58,241 bases of DNA from Bacteroidales bacterium (GCA_016936435.1 JAFGXX010000197.1:1-58241); one strand, 5' to 3'. Counted from the first letter of the stretch, positions 41,538 to 51,703 are shown. A program made the numbers and translations. Notes: a model not told the origin generated them from the letters alone.

Positions 41538-41686
41538 AAAGGAGGATATCTCAGAAAACCCTACTATCTGCAGCCGGAAGAGGTAATTTATACATTTCAT
41601 AATCACCCTTTCTCCGGATAACCCGATCATAACCGGAGCAGGCAGGAAAATAAGGGACACCGCTGCTGAGATATCCTCTTTTTTTT
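41538..41686. repeat. Long-loop inverted repeat (MITE-like element, possibly a bidirectional terminator)
   Basis: GAGGATATCTCAG (41542-54) and CTGAGATATCCTC (41666-78), flanked by A and T tracts, with a 111-nt spacer containing smaller hairpins. Confidence 0.6.
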
Positions 41687-42065
41687 ATCCTTTGGCGGCA
41701 ATAGTTTCAATCTCAATAAGTGCTCCCAGGGGCAATTCCTTTACAGCAAAAGCTGCTCTTGCCGGCTGATGTTCGAAATACACTTCACCATATACCTCAT
41801 TCATAGCCCTGAAGTCGGCCATATCTTTAAGCAGACAGGTTGATTTTACCACCTCAACAAAACTGTATCCGGCGGCCTGAAGTATAGCCTCAATATTTTT
41901 AAGGACCTGTCTGGTCTGTTCCCTGATACCTCCTTCAACCATTTTAGCGGTAGAGGGATCGATAGCCACCTGTCCTGAGATATACAGAGTGTTGTTAATT
42001 TCCACGGCCTGACTGTAAGGGCCGATAGCTGCGGGAGCGCCTGAAGTATTTATTATTCGTTTCAT
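41685..42065 (-). CDS. ridA: RidA family enamine/imine deaminase
   Basis: APAAIGPYSQA, YISGQ, PARAA, LP.GALIEIE. Confidence 0.93.
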   Translation of the reverse strand: MKRIINTSGAPAAIGPYSQAVEINNTLYISGQVAIDPSTAKMVEGGIREQTRQVLKNIEAILQAAGYSFVEVVKSTCLLKDMADFRAMNEVYGEVYFEHQPARAAFAVKELPLGALIEIETIAAKG

Positions 42066-42077
42066 GGGATGATGTTT

Positions 42078-44753
42078 TTAGAAATTATCATGATAGTCTT
42101 TTCTTCTTTCATATTTCAGGTCGGAAAGGATCGAAGCATTAACCCTGATGGCAAATTCCCACATTCTCATGTTTCCATTTGGTATCCAGTTGAAGCTCAT
42201 GTTCCAGCAATGCAGGTCGCGGGTTATCTGGAACTGAGTCATCGTGATCGCTTTGGCAGTAAAATCGTATCCTGTCGTATAGGTAATGTTCATTTTGCTT
42301 GTCAGCTGCAGATGGCCTCGCATGGTCAGAGCCTGTGATACTGTTGATTTAAAGGCAGGTTTCGAATAGCTTAGAGAATAACTCACGTTCATTGACCAGG
42401 GAGTGTTGAATTTCATGTAGCCGTATTCATCAAATTGTGAATCTTCAGAATCAGGTACATCAGCCGATGCCAGATCAGGTTCGTTAAGCTGCCTCCCGGC
42501 AACAGATGATGATGTAACGGCAGACGAGGCCTGGGATCTCTTCTCCTCTCCTTTCCTCAGAAGGTCGCTCACGCTGAAATCAATGCTGACGCCGAAGTTA
42601 TTAAGCCTCATCAGTTTCCTGTTCTGACTGAAATAGAAAGTCCCTGTCTGCCGGCCCCTGCTATCGAGGCCATAGAGTGAGAATGAACCGTTTGCAGAGA
42701 CTCCGATGTTCTCCATAAGTGTTGTCCGGAGAACCATGTTCACCGGGCTCCAGTTGAGGGAATCGGCGAAAATATTATAAGAGGTTGATATCCCGAAGTT
42801 GTCGATCAGATTTACTTTTTTAGGTTTACCCGTTGTGTCGTTACGTTCGAATACTTTGGCTTCCAGTATATTGGTCAGGCTTAAAGAGACAGTTCCGTTT
42901 TTCCTCGACAGCGATGGTGTTCCGTATATGTTACCGTCGAAGATAGAATATTCCGTTGTCCGGCCTGTTGTGTCGATCTGGACCTGCCGGTACATATCCG
43001 AGCTCAGACCGCTGAATGAAGGAACGAAGCTAATGCTTACCGAAGGTTTCATAACGTGACGTATAGCGTCGATCCTGGCATCGGGTTTTGTAAAATCAAA
43101 CATTCCGAATATCTGGGGGCTGTAACCGGCACTAACAGATGGATTTATCGCCTGTCCGTAGAAATATCCTCTCAGCGTATCGCGCACCACCGCCTGAAGA
43201 TCGTCGTTCCATATCCTTTCGATTTTCTGTGTGTACAATACACCTTTATAAGATACACTGGGGGATATTGTAAAATTCCTGAAGGGCCTCAGCTGAAGGC
43301 TTACCGGTATTTCATGAGTGAAGCCGCTTCTCATGTTTTTCCAGACAGCGTCGGTAAACAGCAGGCTGTCGTAAGTGCTGATCTGATTGTCGAGATAGGC
43401 AGAATACTGCAATTGAAGCTCCTGCCACCATTTTGAAGGGCCTGTCTGGTTTTTGCTCTTAAAGGGATATATCCTTGTAGCTGTGAAGCTCATCTTCGGA
43501 AGATTGAGGCTTACGGTCTTGTTTCTGACATTCTGACTGTGGTTCATACTGGCCGCAAAATTGAACGGTGTACCGGTGAAGGTCTTTGAATAGCTTATGC
43601 TTGACTGGCGCTGTGTGGTTATGTGATCATTGATATTATAGCTGTTGTTCCTGTCATATTCGCTTGAGCTCATGTTGACGCTGGCCGAAAACCGTGATCC
43701 GGGACGGGCCTTCGCATCCTGGCTGTAGTTCCATCCCAGACTGTAGTTTTTCGATTTTGACTCATCCTGAAGTCCCTTGTGCCCCGATATATTGTTCGCA
43801 TAACTGAATGTAAAGTTCCCCCGGTAACGGTAACGCTTGTTATAGGTGGTGGCTGCATTCAGAAGCCACGATCCGTTTGTAAAAAGACTCCCTTTAAGGG
43901 TGAGGTCAAAATACTGGCTCAAAGCGAAGTAATAACCTCCTTCAGTAAGCGCATAGCCTCTCTCAGCCTCATAATGAGGTTTGGGAATAAGGATCCCTGA
44001 TGCAGCTTTCTTCGTCTGTATCGGGAAGTAGCCGAAAGGAAGAAAAAGAGGAAGCGGGATACCTTCAAGAACCAGGTTTCCCGGTCCCGACACAATTTTT
44101 TTACCAGGATAGATCTTGGCTCGCGGCAGATTGATATAGAAGTGCGGAGTATCGAGATCGCAGGTGGAATAGGTGCTTTTAAAAATGTTTGAAGTACCGT
44201 CATCAAGCAGCTTTGTAACCCGGCTATGGAGATAGCCTTCCTCCTGCTGGGTGACGATATTTTTTACAACAGCTTTTTTTGTGGTGAAATTATACCTGAG
44301 TGTGTCCGAATCGAATGACTGATCACCCGATTTGAATGCCGGCTTCCCAGTTATTTCGCCCGATGTGTCCCTGATGCCAACAGCGAATACCTCGCTGGTC
44401 TCCATATCGAACACTATTGAATCGGCTTTAATTTCAATATCTCCGTAGTTAACTACACCTCCCTTTACTATGGTGGCCCTGCCATTAACCAGGTCGTTCT
44501 TGATGTAACCATCGGGGGCACTGCTGTATATCACCTTTTCATCGACAGCGTCACCGGATATTTTCCTGATCATTCCTGTGCTGTCGGAAGACATAAAAAG
44601 GTCGCGTATCAGAGTTGTATCCTGAAGGGGGATATCTTCCTGGGAAAACAAGGGAACAGACATTAGCGTCACCAGGAACACTATAACCAACCGCTTTTTA
44701 TGAAAATTATACAACTTAAATACTATTTTTGTATAGTTTTTGTATGACGTCAA
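42078..44753 (-). CDS. lptD: Putative LPS assembly protein LptD (Bacteroidota type)
   Basis: YSTCD...PHF, LPFGYFP, GGYYF, C-terminal RDLHCW...LSDLKYE beta-barrel end; TTG start uncertain. Confidence 0.85.
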   Translation of the reverse strand: MTSYKNYTKIVFKLYNFHKKRLVIVFLVTLMSVPLFSQEDIPLQDTTLIRDLFMSSDSTGMIRKISGDAVDEKVIYSSAPDGYIKNDLVNGRATIVKGGVVNYGDIEIKADSIVFDMETSEVFAVGIRDTSGEITGKPAFKSGDQSFDSDTLRYNFTTKKAVVKNIVTQQEEGYLHSRVTKLLDDGTSNIFKSTYSTCDLDTPHFYINLPRAKIYPGKKIVSGPGNLVLEGIPLPLFLPFGYFPIQTKKAASGILIPKPHYEAERGYALTEGGYYFALSQYFDLTLKGSLFTNGSWLLNAATTYNKRYRYRGNFTFSYANNISGHKGLQDESKSKNYSLGWNYSQDAKARPGSRFSASVNMSSSEYDRNNSYNINDHITTQRQSSISYSKTFTGTPFNFAASMNHSQNVRNKTVSLNLPKMSFTATRIYPFKSKNQTGPSKWWQELQLQYSAYLDNQISTYDSLLFTDAVWKNMRSGFTHEIPVSLQLRPFRNFTISPSVSYKGVLYTQKIERIWNDDLQAVVRDTLRGYFYGQAINPSVSAGYSPQIFGMFDFTKPDARIDAIRHVMKPSVSISFVPSFSGLSSDMYRQVQIDTTGRTTEYSIFDGNIYGTPSLSRKNGTVSLSLTNILEAKVFERNDTTGKPKKVNLIDNFGISTSYNIFADSLNWSPVNMVLRTTLMENIGVSANGSFSLYGLDSRGRQTGTFYFSQNRKLMRLNNFGVSIDFSVSDLLRKGEEKRSQASSAVTSSSVAGRQLNEPDLASADVPDSEDSQFDEYGYMKFNTPWSMNVSYSLSYSKPAFKSTVSQALTMRGHLQLTSKMNITYTTGYDFTAKAITMTQFQITRDLHCWNMSFNWIPNGNMRMWEFAIRVNASILSDLKYERRKDYHDNF
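44724..44731 (+). promoter_or_regulatory. -7 element for the amidase gene, inside the lptD 5' coding region
   Basis: TATTTTTG. Confidence 0.5.
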
Positions 44754-44763
44754 ATGTCAGCGT

Positions 44764-44771
44764 CAAAACTA
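44764..44771 (-). promoter_or_regulatory. -7 element for lptD
   Basis: TAGTTTTG on the minus strand, 10 nt before TTG 44753. Confidence 0.5.
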
Positions 44772-44792
44772 TTAAAAAAACGCGAACTTGTT

Positions 44793-45968
44793 ATGAGTAC
44801 CGGAATTAAAAACGGCAAATGGAAGGCCTTTAATATATCCCGGGCAGCATTACTTCTGTCATTGTTTATGCCGGCCGCCACCATCATGCCGGAACCGGTC
44901 CCGAAGTCTGACGGCAAATGGGTTATAGTTATCGATCCCGGCCATGGCGGCAAGGATCCTGGCGCCGTGGGTGCCTACAGCAAAGAGAAGGATATAACCC
45001 TGGCAATAGCCATCAAGACAGCCAATTACATAAAGGAGAATATAAAAGACGTTAAAGTCGTCCTGACCAGACAGGACGATTCGGCAGTAGACCTCATCGA
45101 AAGACCAAGGATCGCAAACAGGAACAATGCCGATCTTTTTATTTCGATACATGCCAACGCGATGCCTTCAGGGGCAAAGCACATCATGGGCGCCGAAACA
45201 TGGATAATGGGACTGGCCTCCAATGATGAAAACCTTCAGGTGGCCATGAAGGAAAACGAAGTTATCTATCTCGAGGACGACTATTCCACCAAGTATGAAG
45301 GTTTTGATCCCAAGTCACCGGAATCGTACATAATCTTTTCTCTTACCCAGAACCTATACCAGAAACAGAGTCTGGATCTGGCATGGAAAATCCAGACACA
45401 GTTCCGGGAAAGGGTAAACAGAAAAGACAGGGGTGTGAAGCAGGCCGGATTCTGGGTACTTAAAAACACAACCATGCCAAGTGTCCTGGTAGAAACAGGA
45501 TTCATTACAAACCCGGCAGAAGAAAAATTCCTGAATTCAAAGCAGGGACAGGAATATCTTGCGTCGGCAATTTACCGTGCCTGCAGGGATTTCCTCGCTG
45601 AAATTGAAATGAAGAGCGGGATCAAAGTAGATCAGAGCAGCACTACTCCCGCCAGACCTGCAACGACAGAGACCCGGACTGATAAGGCCTTCTCATCGCC
45701 ACCAGGACAAACGGTTTTCACCATCCAGGTAGCGGCATCGGCCGAGCCAGGAGAAATAAACCCGGGAAATTTCAAGGGTATTACGGATATACGTGAAATC
45801 AATAGCGAAGGACGTTACAGATACGTTTCCGGGATGTTCGGCAACTACGATGAAGCAGTAAACCACAGGAAAAAGATTGAAGCCGTGTATCCCGACGCTT
45901 TTGTAATTGCAGTTAAAGACAACAAAATATTACCTTTGCAGCAGGCCATCCGGGATAACAATAATTAA
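44793..45968 (+). CDS. N-acetylmuramoyl-L-alanine amidase (Amidase_3) with C-terminal SPOR-like domain
   Basis: IDPGHGGKDPG, EKDITL, FISIHAN, PSVLVETGFITN; C-terminal FTIQV...YPDAFV; start 44793 or 44754. Confidence 0.9.
   Translation: MSTGIKNGKWKAFNISRAALLLSLFMPAATIMPEPVPKSDGKWVIVIDPGHGGKDPGAVGAYSKEKDITLAIAIKTANYIKENIKDVKVVLTRQDDSAVDLIERPRIANRNNADLFISIHANAMPSGAKHIMGAETWIMGLASNDENLQVAMKENEVIYLEDDYSTKYEGFDPKSPESYIIFSLTQNLYQKQSLDLAWKIQTQFRERVNRKDRGVKQAGFWVLKNTTMPSVLVETGFITNPAEEKFLNSKQGQEYLASAIYRACRDFLAEIEMKSGIKVDQSSTTPARPATTETRTDKAFSSPPGQTVFTIQVAASAEPGEINPGNFKGITDIREINSEGRYRYVSGMFGNYDEAVNHRKKIEAVYPDAFVIAVKDNKILPLQQAIRDNNN
45931..45938 (+). promoter_or_regulatory. -7 element for mlaD, inside the amidase 3' end
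   Basis: TACCTTTG, 46 nt before ATG 45985. Confidence 0.5.
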
Positions 45969-45984
45969 AACCCAAGATCACAAG

Positions 45985-46935
45985 ATGAAGATCTCAAATG
46001 AAGTAAAAGTAGGTGCTGTCGCACTGGTAACAATAATTGCATTTATCTGGCTCTTTAATTTCCTGAAGGGAAAGGATTATTTCAGTAAGACTGCAAAATA
46101 TTATGCTGTTTACGACAAAATAGGGGGACTTGCTGAATCGAGCCCTGTTGAAATCAATGGCTATAAGGTAGGCGTGGTTCAGTCGATCGATTTTGTCGAC
46201 CCGACAAGCGGAAAGCTTCTGGTGGTCTTCTCTGTAAGCAAGGATTTCAGGCTGCCCGAGGGAACCAGGGCCGAAGTACTGCCCGTTTCCATAATTGCAG
46301 GCATGAAGGTCCAGTTTCTTTATGGTGACGGACCCGGCTACCATAATTTTGGAGACACCCTGACAGGCGTCCTTTCAGAATCAATCCTTACATCCCTGGA
46401 TGAAGAACTGCAGCCAGTAAAAGAAAAGATAACAGGACTCGTCGATGTGATTGATTCAGTTATTACCTCAATAAATGAGATCCTCAGCCCCGACTTCAGA
46501 ACCAACCTGAGCGCTACGATGGCAAATCTCGACCACACTACGGGTAGCATGGCAAGGATACTCGGATCAAAAGAACAGGAACTGAAAATTACTCTTGAAA
46601 ATATTACAAAGTTCTCGGATATGCTCTCAGAGAATACCGCAAAGATGAACAATACCTTAAGCAATCTTGAATCTATCAGCGACACACTGGCAGCCTCAGA
46701 TCTTTACAACACCATCGCCGGATTGAAAGAAGGTCTGGAAAAAACTTCCGTATTGCTCGGTAACCTTAATGAAGGAAAAGGCAGTGCCGGACAAATGCTT
46801 ACAGACGATTCACTTTATATAAATCTGAGTAATTCTCTTGAAAGCCTGAACCTCCTCCTGGAAGATCTAAAGGACCATCCCGGAAAATATGTACACTTTT
46901 CTCTCTTCGGCAGAAAAGACAATTCCGGAGAATAA
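45985..46935 (+). CDS. MlaD/MCE family protein
   Basis: MKISNEVKVG, TM, GL..SSPV.INGYKVG.V MCE motif, coiled coil, P.KYVHFSLFG; ATG 45985. Confidence 0.88.
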   Translation: MKISNEVKVGAVALVTIIAFIWLFNFLKGKDYFSKTAKYYAVYDKIGGLAESSPVEINGYKVGVVQSIDFVDPTSGKLLVVFSVSKDFRLPEGTRAEVLPVSIIAGMKVQFLYGDGPGYHNFGDTLTGVLSESILTSLDEELQPVKEKITGLVDVIDSVITSINEILSPDFRTNLSATMANLDHTTGSMARILGSKEQELKITLENITKFSDMLSENTAKMNNTLSNLESISDTLAASDLYNTIAGLKEGLEKTSVLLGNLNEGKGSAGQMLTDDSLYINLSNSLESLNLLLEDLKDHPGKYVHFSLFGRKDNSGE

Positions 46936-47273
46936 ATAAGCTACATTATTTTCAGATTCTCCTGATGCAGAACAAGTAACTAAAAGCAATGTCAAAATAT
47001 TACTAATTTTAAGGAGAGCCTGCTAAATTTTGAGCATGATCGCCTAAGAAATTGTAATCCACACATAAGCCTTTCGATTATTTTATAACATATTTATAAT
47101 CAGACATTTAAACGTATTGAAATTTTTTTGTAACATTAAGTTACTGATGGTTAAAAACATATACTTTTTTTGAATTTATCAAGAGAAAATAATTTTTTTT
47201 TTAAGTTTTTTTTTTACAAATATTGCTCCACGAATCAGCTTAAAACGTACCTTTAAAAAAACTACCTCTTTCA

Positions 47274-48704
47274 ATGAATAAAACTCATCATGACGTATGG
47301 AATAACTGTCTTCAGATCATCAGGGATATTATTCCGTCTGTCAGTTTCAAGACGTGGTTTGAGCCCATCATACCCCTGAAGCTTGAGAACAATGTATTGA
47401 CCATTCAGGTACCGAGTCCTTTCTTTTACGAATACCTCGAAGAACAATACATTGATATTCTCAGAAAAACCCTCAGGCGTGAGATCGGCGCCGACGCCAA
47501 GCTTGAATACAACGTCGTGATGGAGAATGCGAATTTTGCAGATGGCAAACCCTACACTGTCAGATATCCCTCAAGGAATAAAACCGATCTTCACAACAAA
47601 CCGGTTCAGGTCCCTTTTGAAGTTGCCCAGCCCGAAATAAAAAATCCGTTCGTAATACCGGGTATCAAGAAGATCCATTTCGATCCCAAGCTGAATCCCG
47701 ACTACAACTTCAGCAATTACGTGGAAGGCGAATGCAACAGGCTTGCAAGGTCGGCGGGACTGGCTGTGGGCAACAATCCCGGAGGAACAGCATTTAATCC
47801 GCTGATGATATACGGTGATTCAGGACTTGGAAAAACACACCTGGCACAGGCTATCGGAATCCTTGTAAAGGAGAAACATCCCGACAAGATCGTACTCTAT
47901 GTTAATGCCAACAAATTTCAGACACAGTTTGTCGAGTCGGTAAGAAACAATAACAAGAATGATTTTCTTCATTTTTACCAGATGATCGATGTCCTTATTC
48001 TCGACGACGTTCATGAGTTTGCAGGTAAAGAAAAGACACAGGATACATTCTTCCATATTTTCAATCATCTCCATCAGTCAGGCAAACAACTGATTCTCAC
48101 CTGCGACAAGCCTCCTGTCGACCTCCAGGGAATGGAACAACGGCTCCTGTCAAGATTTAAATGGGGTCTGCAGGCTGACCTTCAGCGCCCTGACTATGAA
48201 ACAAGGCTTGCTATACTCAGGAAAAAAGCCTACAACGACGGGATAGAACTCCCCGACGAAATATTTGAATACCTGGCCGCAAATATTTCCAATAACATCA
48301 GGGAACTGGAAGCAGTTCTGATTTCCCTCTATGCCCAGTCGACACTTAACAGGAAAGAGATCACCCTCGACCTGGCCAAACTGATGGTCGAAAAACTCAT
48401 CAGCACCACAAGGAAGGAGATCACCATCGATTATATACAGAAGATTGTCTGCGAATACTACAAAATACCCATCGACCTTATCCAGGGTAAAACACGCAAA
48501 AGAGAAATAGTACAGGCACGGCAGGTATCAATGTACTTCTCAAAGAACCTGACAAAAGCATCGCTTGCCAGTATCGGATCACACATAGGAGGTAAAGACC
48601 ATGCCACCGTTCTTCACGCGTGTAAAACAGTCAACAACCTTATCGATACCGATAAGCATTTCAGGAACCAGATTAACGAGATCGAGAAGAAACTGAAGGT
48701 CTGA
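47274..48704 (+). CDS. dnaA: Chromosomal replication initiator DnaA
   Basis: FNPLMIYGDSGLGKTHL, LLSRFKWG, NIRELE, ARQVSMY, GGKDHATVLHA. Confidence 0.98.
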   Translation: MNKTHHDVWNNCLQIIRDIIPSVSFKTWFEPIIPLKLENNVLTIQVPSPFFYEYLEEQYIDILRKTLRREIGADAKLEYNVVMENANFADGKPYTVRYPSRNKTDLHNKPVQVPFEVAQPEIKNPFVIPGIKKIHFDPKLNPDYNFSNYVEGECNRLARSAGLAVGNNPGGTAFNPLMIYGDSGLGKTHLAQAIGILVKEKHPDKIVLYVNANKFQTQFVESVRNNNKNDFLHFYQMIDVLILDDVHEFAGKEKTQDTFFHIFNHLHQSGKQLILTCDKPPVDLQGMEQRLLSRFKWGLQADLQRPDYETRLAILRKKAYNDGIELPDEIFEYLAANISNNIRELEAVLISLYAQSTLNRKEITLDLAKLMVEKLISTTRKEITIDYIQKIVCEYYKIPIDLIQGKTRKREIVQARQVSMYFSKNLTKASLASIGSHIGGKDHATVLHACKTVNNLIDTDKHFRNQINEIEKKLKV

Positions 48705-51513
48705 CTCCCGGGCTGACATCCTTAACACACCTGAACCCTACCGTTGAGCTTCTGTCGTAACCCGGCGACACAAGAAGCATTATCTGAGTACGGTCGAGTG
48801 ACTGCGGACCTCCTTTGATATACCACCAGCTTGAATCAGGATTGTAATAACTCCCTCCTCTTATCACGGTGATATAGTTGGTCCCGTTAAAGTACATATC
48901 GTTGGTCATCTGCCATACATTTCCGACAAGGTCCATCACTCCTGCCTGACTCTGCCCTTTGGGAAAAGCATCGACGGGAGTTGGTCTTCCGAAGGCATTG
49001 TTACAGTTTGTTCCGTGGAAATCATTACCCCATGGCCACTTACGGCCATCTGTCCCCTGGGCGGCAAGCTGCCATTCATCCTCGGTGGGAAGCCTTTTGC
49101 CCGCCCAAGCAGCATAAGCTTTCATGTCTTCATAACTTACATAAACCACAGGATAATTATCCTGTCCCTGCCTGTAGATAACAGACCCCCAGTGCCTCAG
49201 ATAGTTAACGGTATCAGCCGGCACATACCCCGATTTTGTAATGAATTCATAATAGCGGGCATTTGTGACCGGGTACCTGTCTATAAGAAAAGTATCAACT
49301 GTTACCTGCCTGCTGCCCGGAGTAGGATAAGGAATGAAATCTTCCGAAGTGCTTACATCATAGGTGAAGGTGCCACCCGGAACCAATACCATAGCATCAG
49401 GTACAAGGTCAGCTCTTTCTGTCCTTTCTGTCCTGCTTACAAGCCGGGGTTTACCTCCCTTAATGTTTATAACATTCTCATCCTTAAGTATTTTACCATC
49501 CAGTAACTGAATTACTATCTTACCTTCATAATACCCGAAGAGGTCTCTTACGCATACAGCTGTGTCGCTGACGATTCGGAACTGCCTGTTTTCTGTTTTG
49601 TACGAGGGGTTTCCCTTCCAGAAGAACACCCTGCCTTTTGCGGGTGCCATTAGTTTTATCGAGTCTCCTTCGAGGCGGGACTGCAGGATATCAGGCAGTT
49701 CTGCGATGCAGTCAACCGATCCTTCCATCCTCGTTCCCGAAAGGCCGGCAAGCCATCCTCCGGTTGTTGAGCTGATATAAAGATCGTCGCCTTCCGCTGA
49801 GGGTAATATGTTCTCATGATTCCATAACGAAACATAGTGACGGTCTTCCCTGAAGGGTGTTTTAAAAAGTCTTCCTGAGAAACCTTCATGCCTCATATTC
49901 AGTATCGTGAACAGGGTTTTTTCACCCGAATTCCATTTGTTGACATATATGTTGTCGACCATAGTCTCCAGCAGTGGGGTCCAGTCCTTATCGAGAAATG
50001 CGTCGTTGTTCTGTCTGAGAGTGAAAGTGGTAAGAGCAAGGTAATCGAGGTCTGATTCATAATTCTCGTTCCTTCCACCGGGCCGGAACATATTCAGTTC
50101 TGTTCCGTAGCCGTTAAAAAAGGCAATTGCAATTTCGCGGTGAAGGACATCCTCACCCACATCACAAACCCTGAAGATAGAGAAATCGGGTTTTATAAGC
50201 TTGTTAAGGTTCAGCTCGGGGCTGTAGTATATTGCATTATGAACACGACCTGATATTATTCCCGGCATATCGCGTGTTATTGCCATTCCTTCCGAGAACA
50301 TAACAACACCCTTTCTGACGCTGTCGGCCGCGGCCTGCAGTTCATAGCTTGAATTCCCCCTGGTATCGAGCACTACTCCGTCGGCTTCAGTCTCCTGAAT
50401 GAGTTTCGCCATTCCCCTGAGATGATCTTCCTTCCTGGTGCTGTTATCCCATGGGTTGTATGCGATAAAAAATCGGGTACCATAAGGGCGTGAGAGCCTG
50501 GCAAAGTTCCGGAGCTGAGTCGTCCCGCCCGGAAGATCGCGGTAGAGATCCCACTGGTTCCTTTCGTCGAGACCCAGCCTGGGCCAGGTTGGCCGTATTC
50601 CCATTACATCAGGATACCCGAACCTTTCTATCCCTTTTTTCAGGTATTCACCGTAGTTGTATCTGCCTGACTGCCTGTCATAGAATTCTATATCCCAGGC
50701 CATCTGAAGTATTATAAGGTAACTTTCCTTTATCCAGGCCAGATCGCTCCTTTCATAAAGGGAATTGTCGAATTCCTTCAGGTCGTAAAGATACCTGTCC
50801 CTGAACATAAGTCTCATACCGTTCTGCCATTCACCCTGATAGGTTTCAGCATACATAATATATTTAACCTTTGAGCCGGGTGGCAGGACGGTTTCGTATC
50901 TTCTTCGCTCTCCTCCTTCCGTTAGCTGGCGTCGTGCGATGGCACATACTGATATCCCGTTGCCGGCTGAAAAAGATGAGTAGCCCATCTCCCATGCGTT
51001 ATCAGGCAATATCACCCTCAGAGGCCTGAATCCCGGCCTGAAAAGAGCTGCCCTGGCGAGACCGGGAGGGCCGTATCCGGTTATGTAAAATGAGGAAGGA
51101 TCTTCCCCGAAAGGCACCACGTTGCTGATAGTAACAGTATCCTGTCCCCTGTTCTCAAACGACAACAAGGCTGTCCAGCTTCCTGACTCAGGCTCAGGAG
51201 TACTGAACGCAACTGCAAGGTCATTGTCGTAAATCAGACAGTAATATGAAGAAGAATCTACAACTTCAGCATCGGTCGATGTGAACGGCTTACCGTCTGC
51301 AAGAAAGCTAAATAGGGGCCTTGCCTGGCTCAGCGTTATTATCATGTTGCCCTGAGTGGTGAAATTTCTCAGCGCGAGACCCCGGCTTCTGTCAATACCG
51401 GCATACTGAACAGACTGAGAACAAACCGATTGTGATATAATAGCCAGTAAAAACACGGGGATAACTGGTACCCCGGGAATGCTGGCAGCCAATGCACGGA
51501 TAATTCTGAACAT
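48673..51513 (-). CDS. Exported protein with glycoside-hydrolase-like barrel and C-terminal SUMF1/FGE-sulfatase-family domain
   Basis: Signal peptide from M at 51513; ADGVVLDT; C-terminal PVTNARY, KRLPTEDEWQ, WPWG, DLVGNVWQ, RGGS, VGFRC; overlaps the dnaA 3' end by 32 nt. Confidence 0.78.
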   Translation of the reverse strand: MFRIIRALAASIPGVPVIPVFLLAIISQSVCSQSVQYAGIDRSRGLALRNFTTQGNMIITLSQARPLFSFLADGKPFTSTDAEVVDSSSYYCLIYDNDLAVAFSTPEPESGSWTALLSFENRGQDTVTISNVVPFGEDPSSFYITGYGPPGLARAALFRPGFRPLRVILPDNAWEMGYSSFSAGNGISVCAIARRQLTEGGERRRYETVLPPGSKVKYIMYAETYQGEWQNGMRLMFRDRYLYDLKEFDNSLYERSDLAWIKESYLIILQMAWDIEFYDRQSGRYNYGEYLKKGIERFGYPDVMGIRPTWPRLGLDERNQWDLYRDLPGGTTQLRNFARLSRPYGTRFFIAYNPWDNSTRKEDHLRGMAKLIQETEADGVVLDTRGNSSYELQAAADSVRKGVVMFSEGMAITRDMPGIISGRVHNAIYYSPELNLNKLIKPDFSIFRVCDVGEDVLHREIAIAFFNGYGTELNMFRPGGRNENYESDLDYLALTTFTLRQNNDAFLDKDWTPLLETMVDNIYVNKWNSGEKTLFTILNMRHEGFSGRLFKTPFREDRHYVSLWNHENILPSAEGDDLYISSTTGGWLAGLSGTRMEGSVDCIAELPDILQSRLEGDSIKLMAPAKGRVFFWKGNPSYKTENRQFRIVSDTAVCVRDLFGYYEGKIVIQLLDGKILKDENVINIKGGKPRLVSRTERTERADLVPDAMVLVPGGTFTYDVSTSEDFIPYPTPGSRQVTVDTFLIDRYPVTNARYYEFITKSGYVPADTVNYLRHWGSVIYRQGQDNYPVVYVSYEDMKAYAAWAGKRLPTEDEWQLAAQGTDGRKWPWGNDFHGTNCNNAFGRPTPVDAFPKGQSQAGVMDLVGNVWQMTNDMYFNGTNYITVIRGGSYYNPDSSWWYIKGGPQSLDRTQIMLLVSPGYDRSSTVGFRCVKDVSPGVRPSVSSRSR

Positions 51514-51703
51514 ATACTTCAACGATACTGAATAATTCTCTTTTTGATGACAGAACATCAAATTTGATGCAATATAAAACATAAGAGGCACTAAAAAAAT
51601 TGTTTTAACGTTTTGGAATATATGTGTTAAGATAATTTATCCCAATAATTTTTTAAGAAATATTAATTATCTTTATAAGATACTCTGATTTTAATCTTAC
51701 AGC

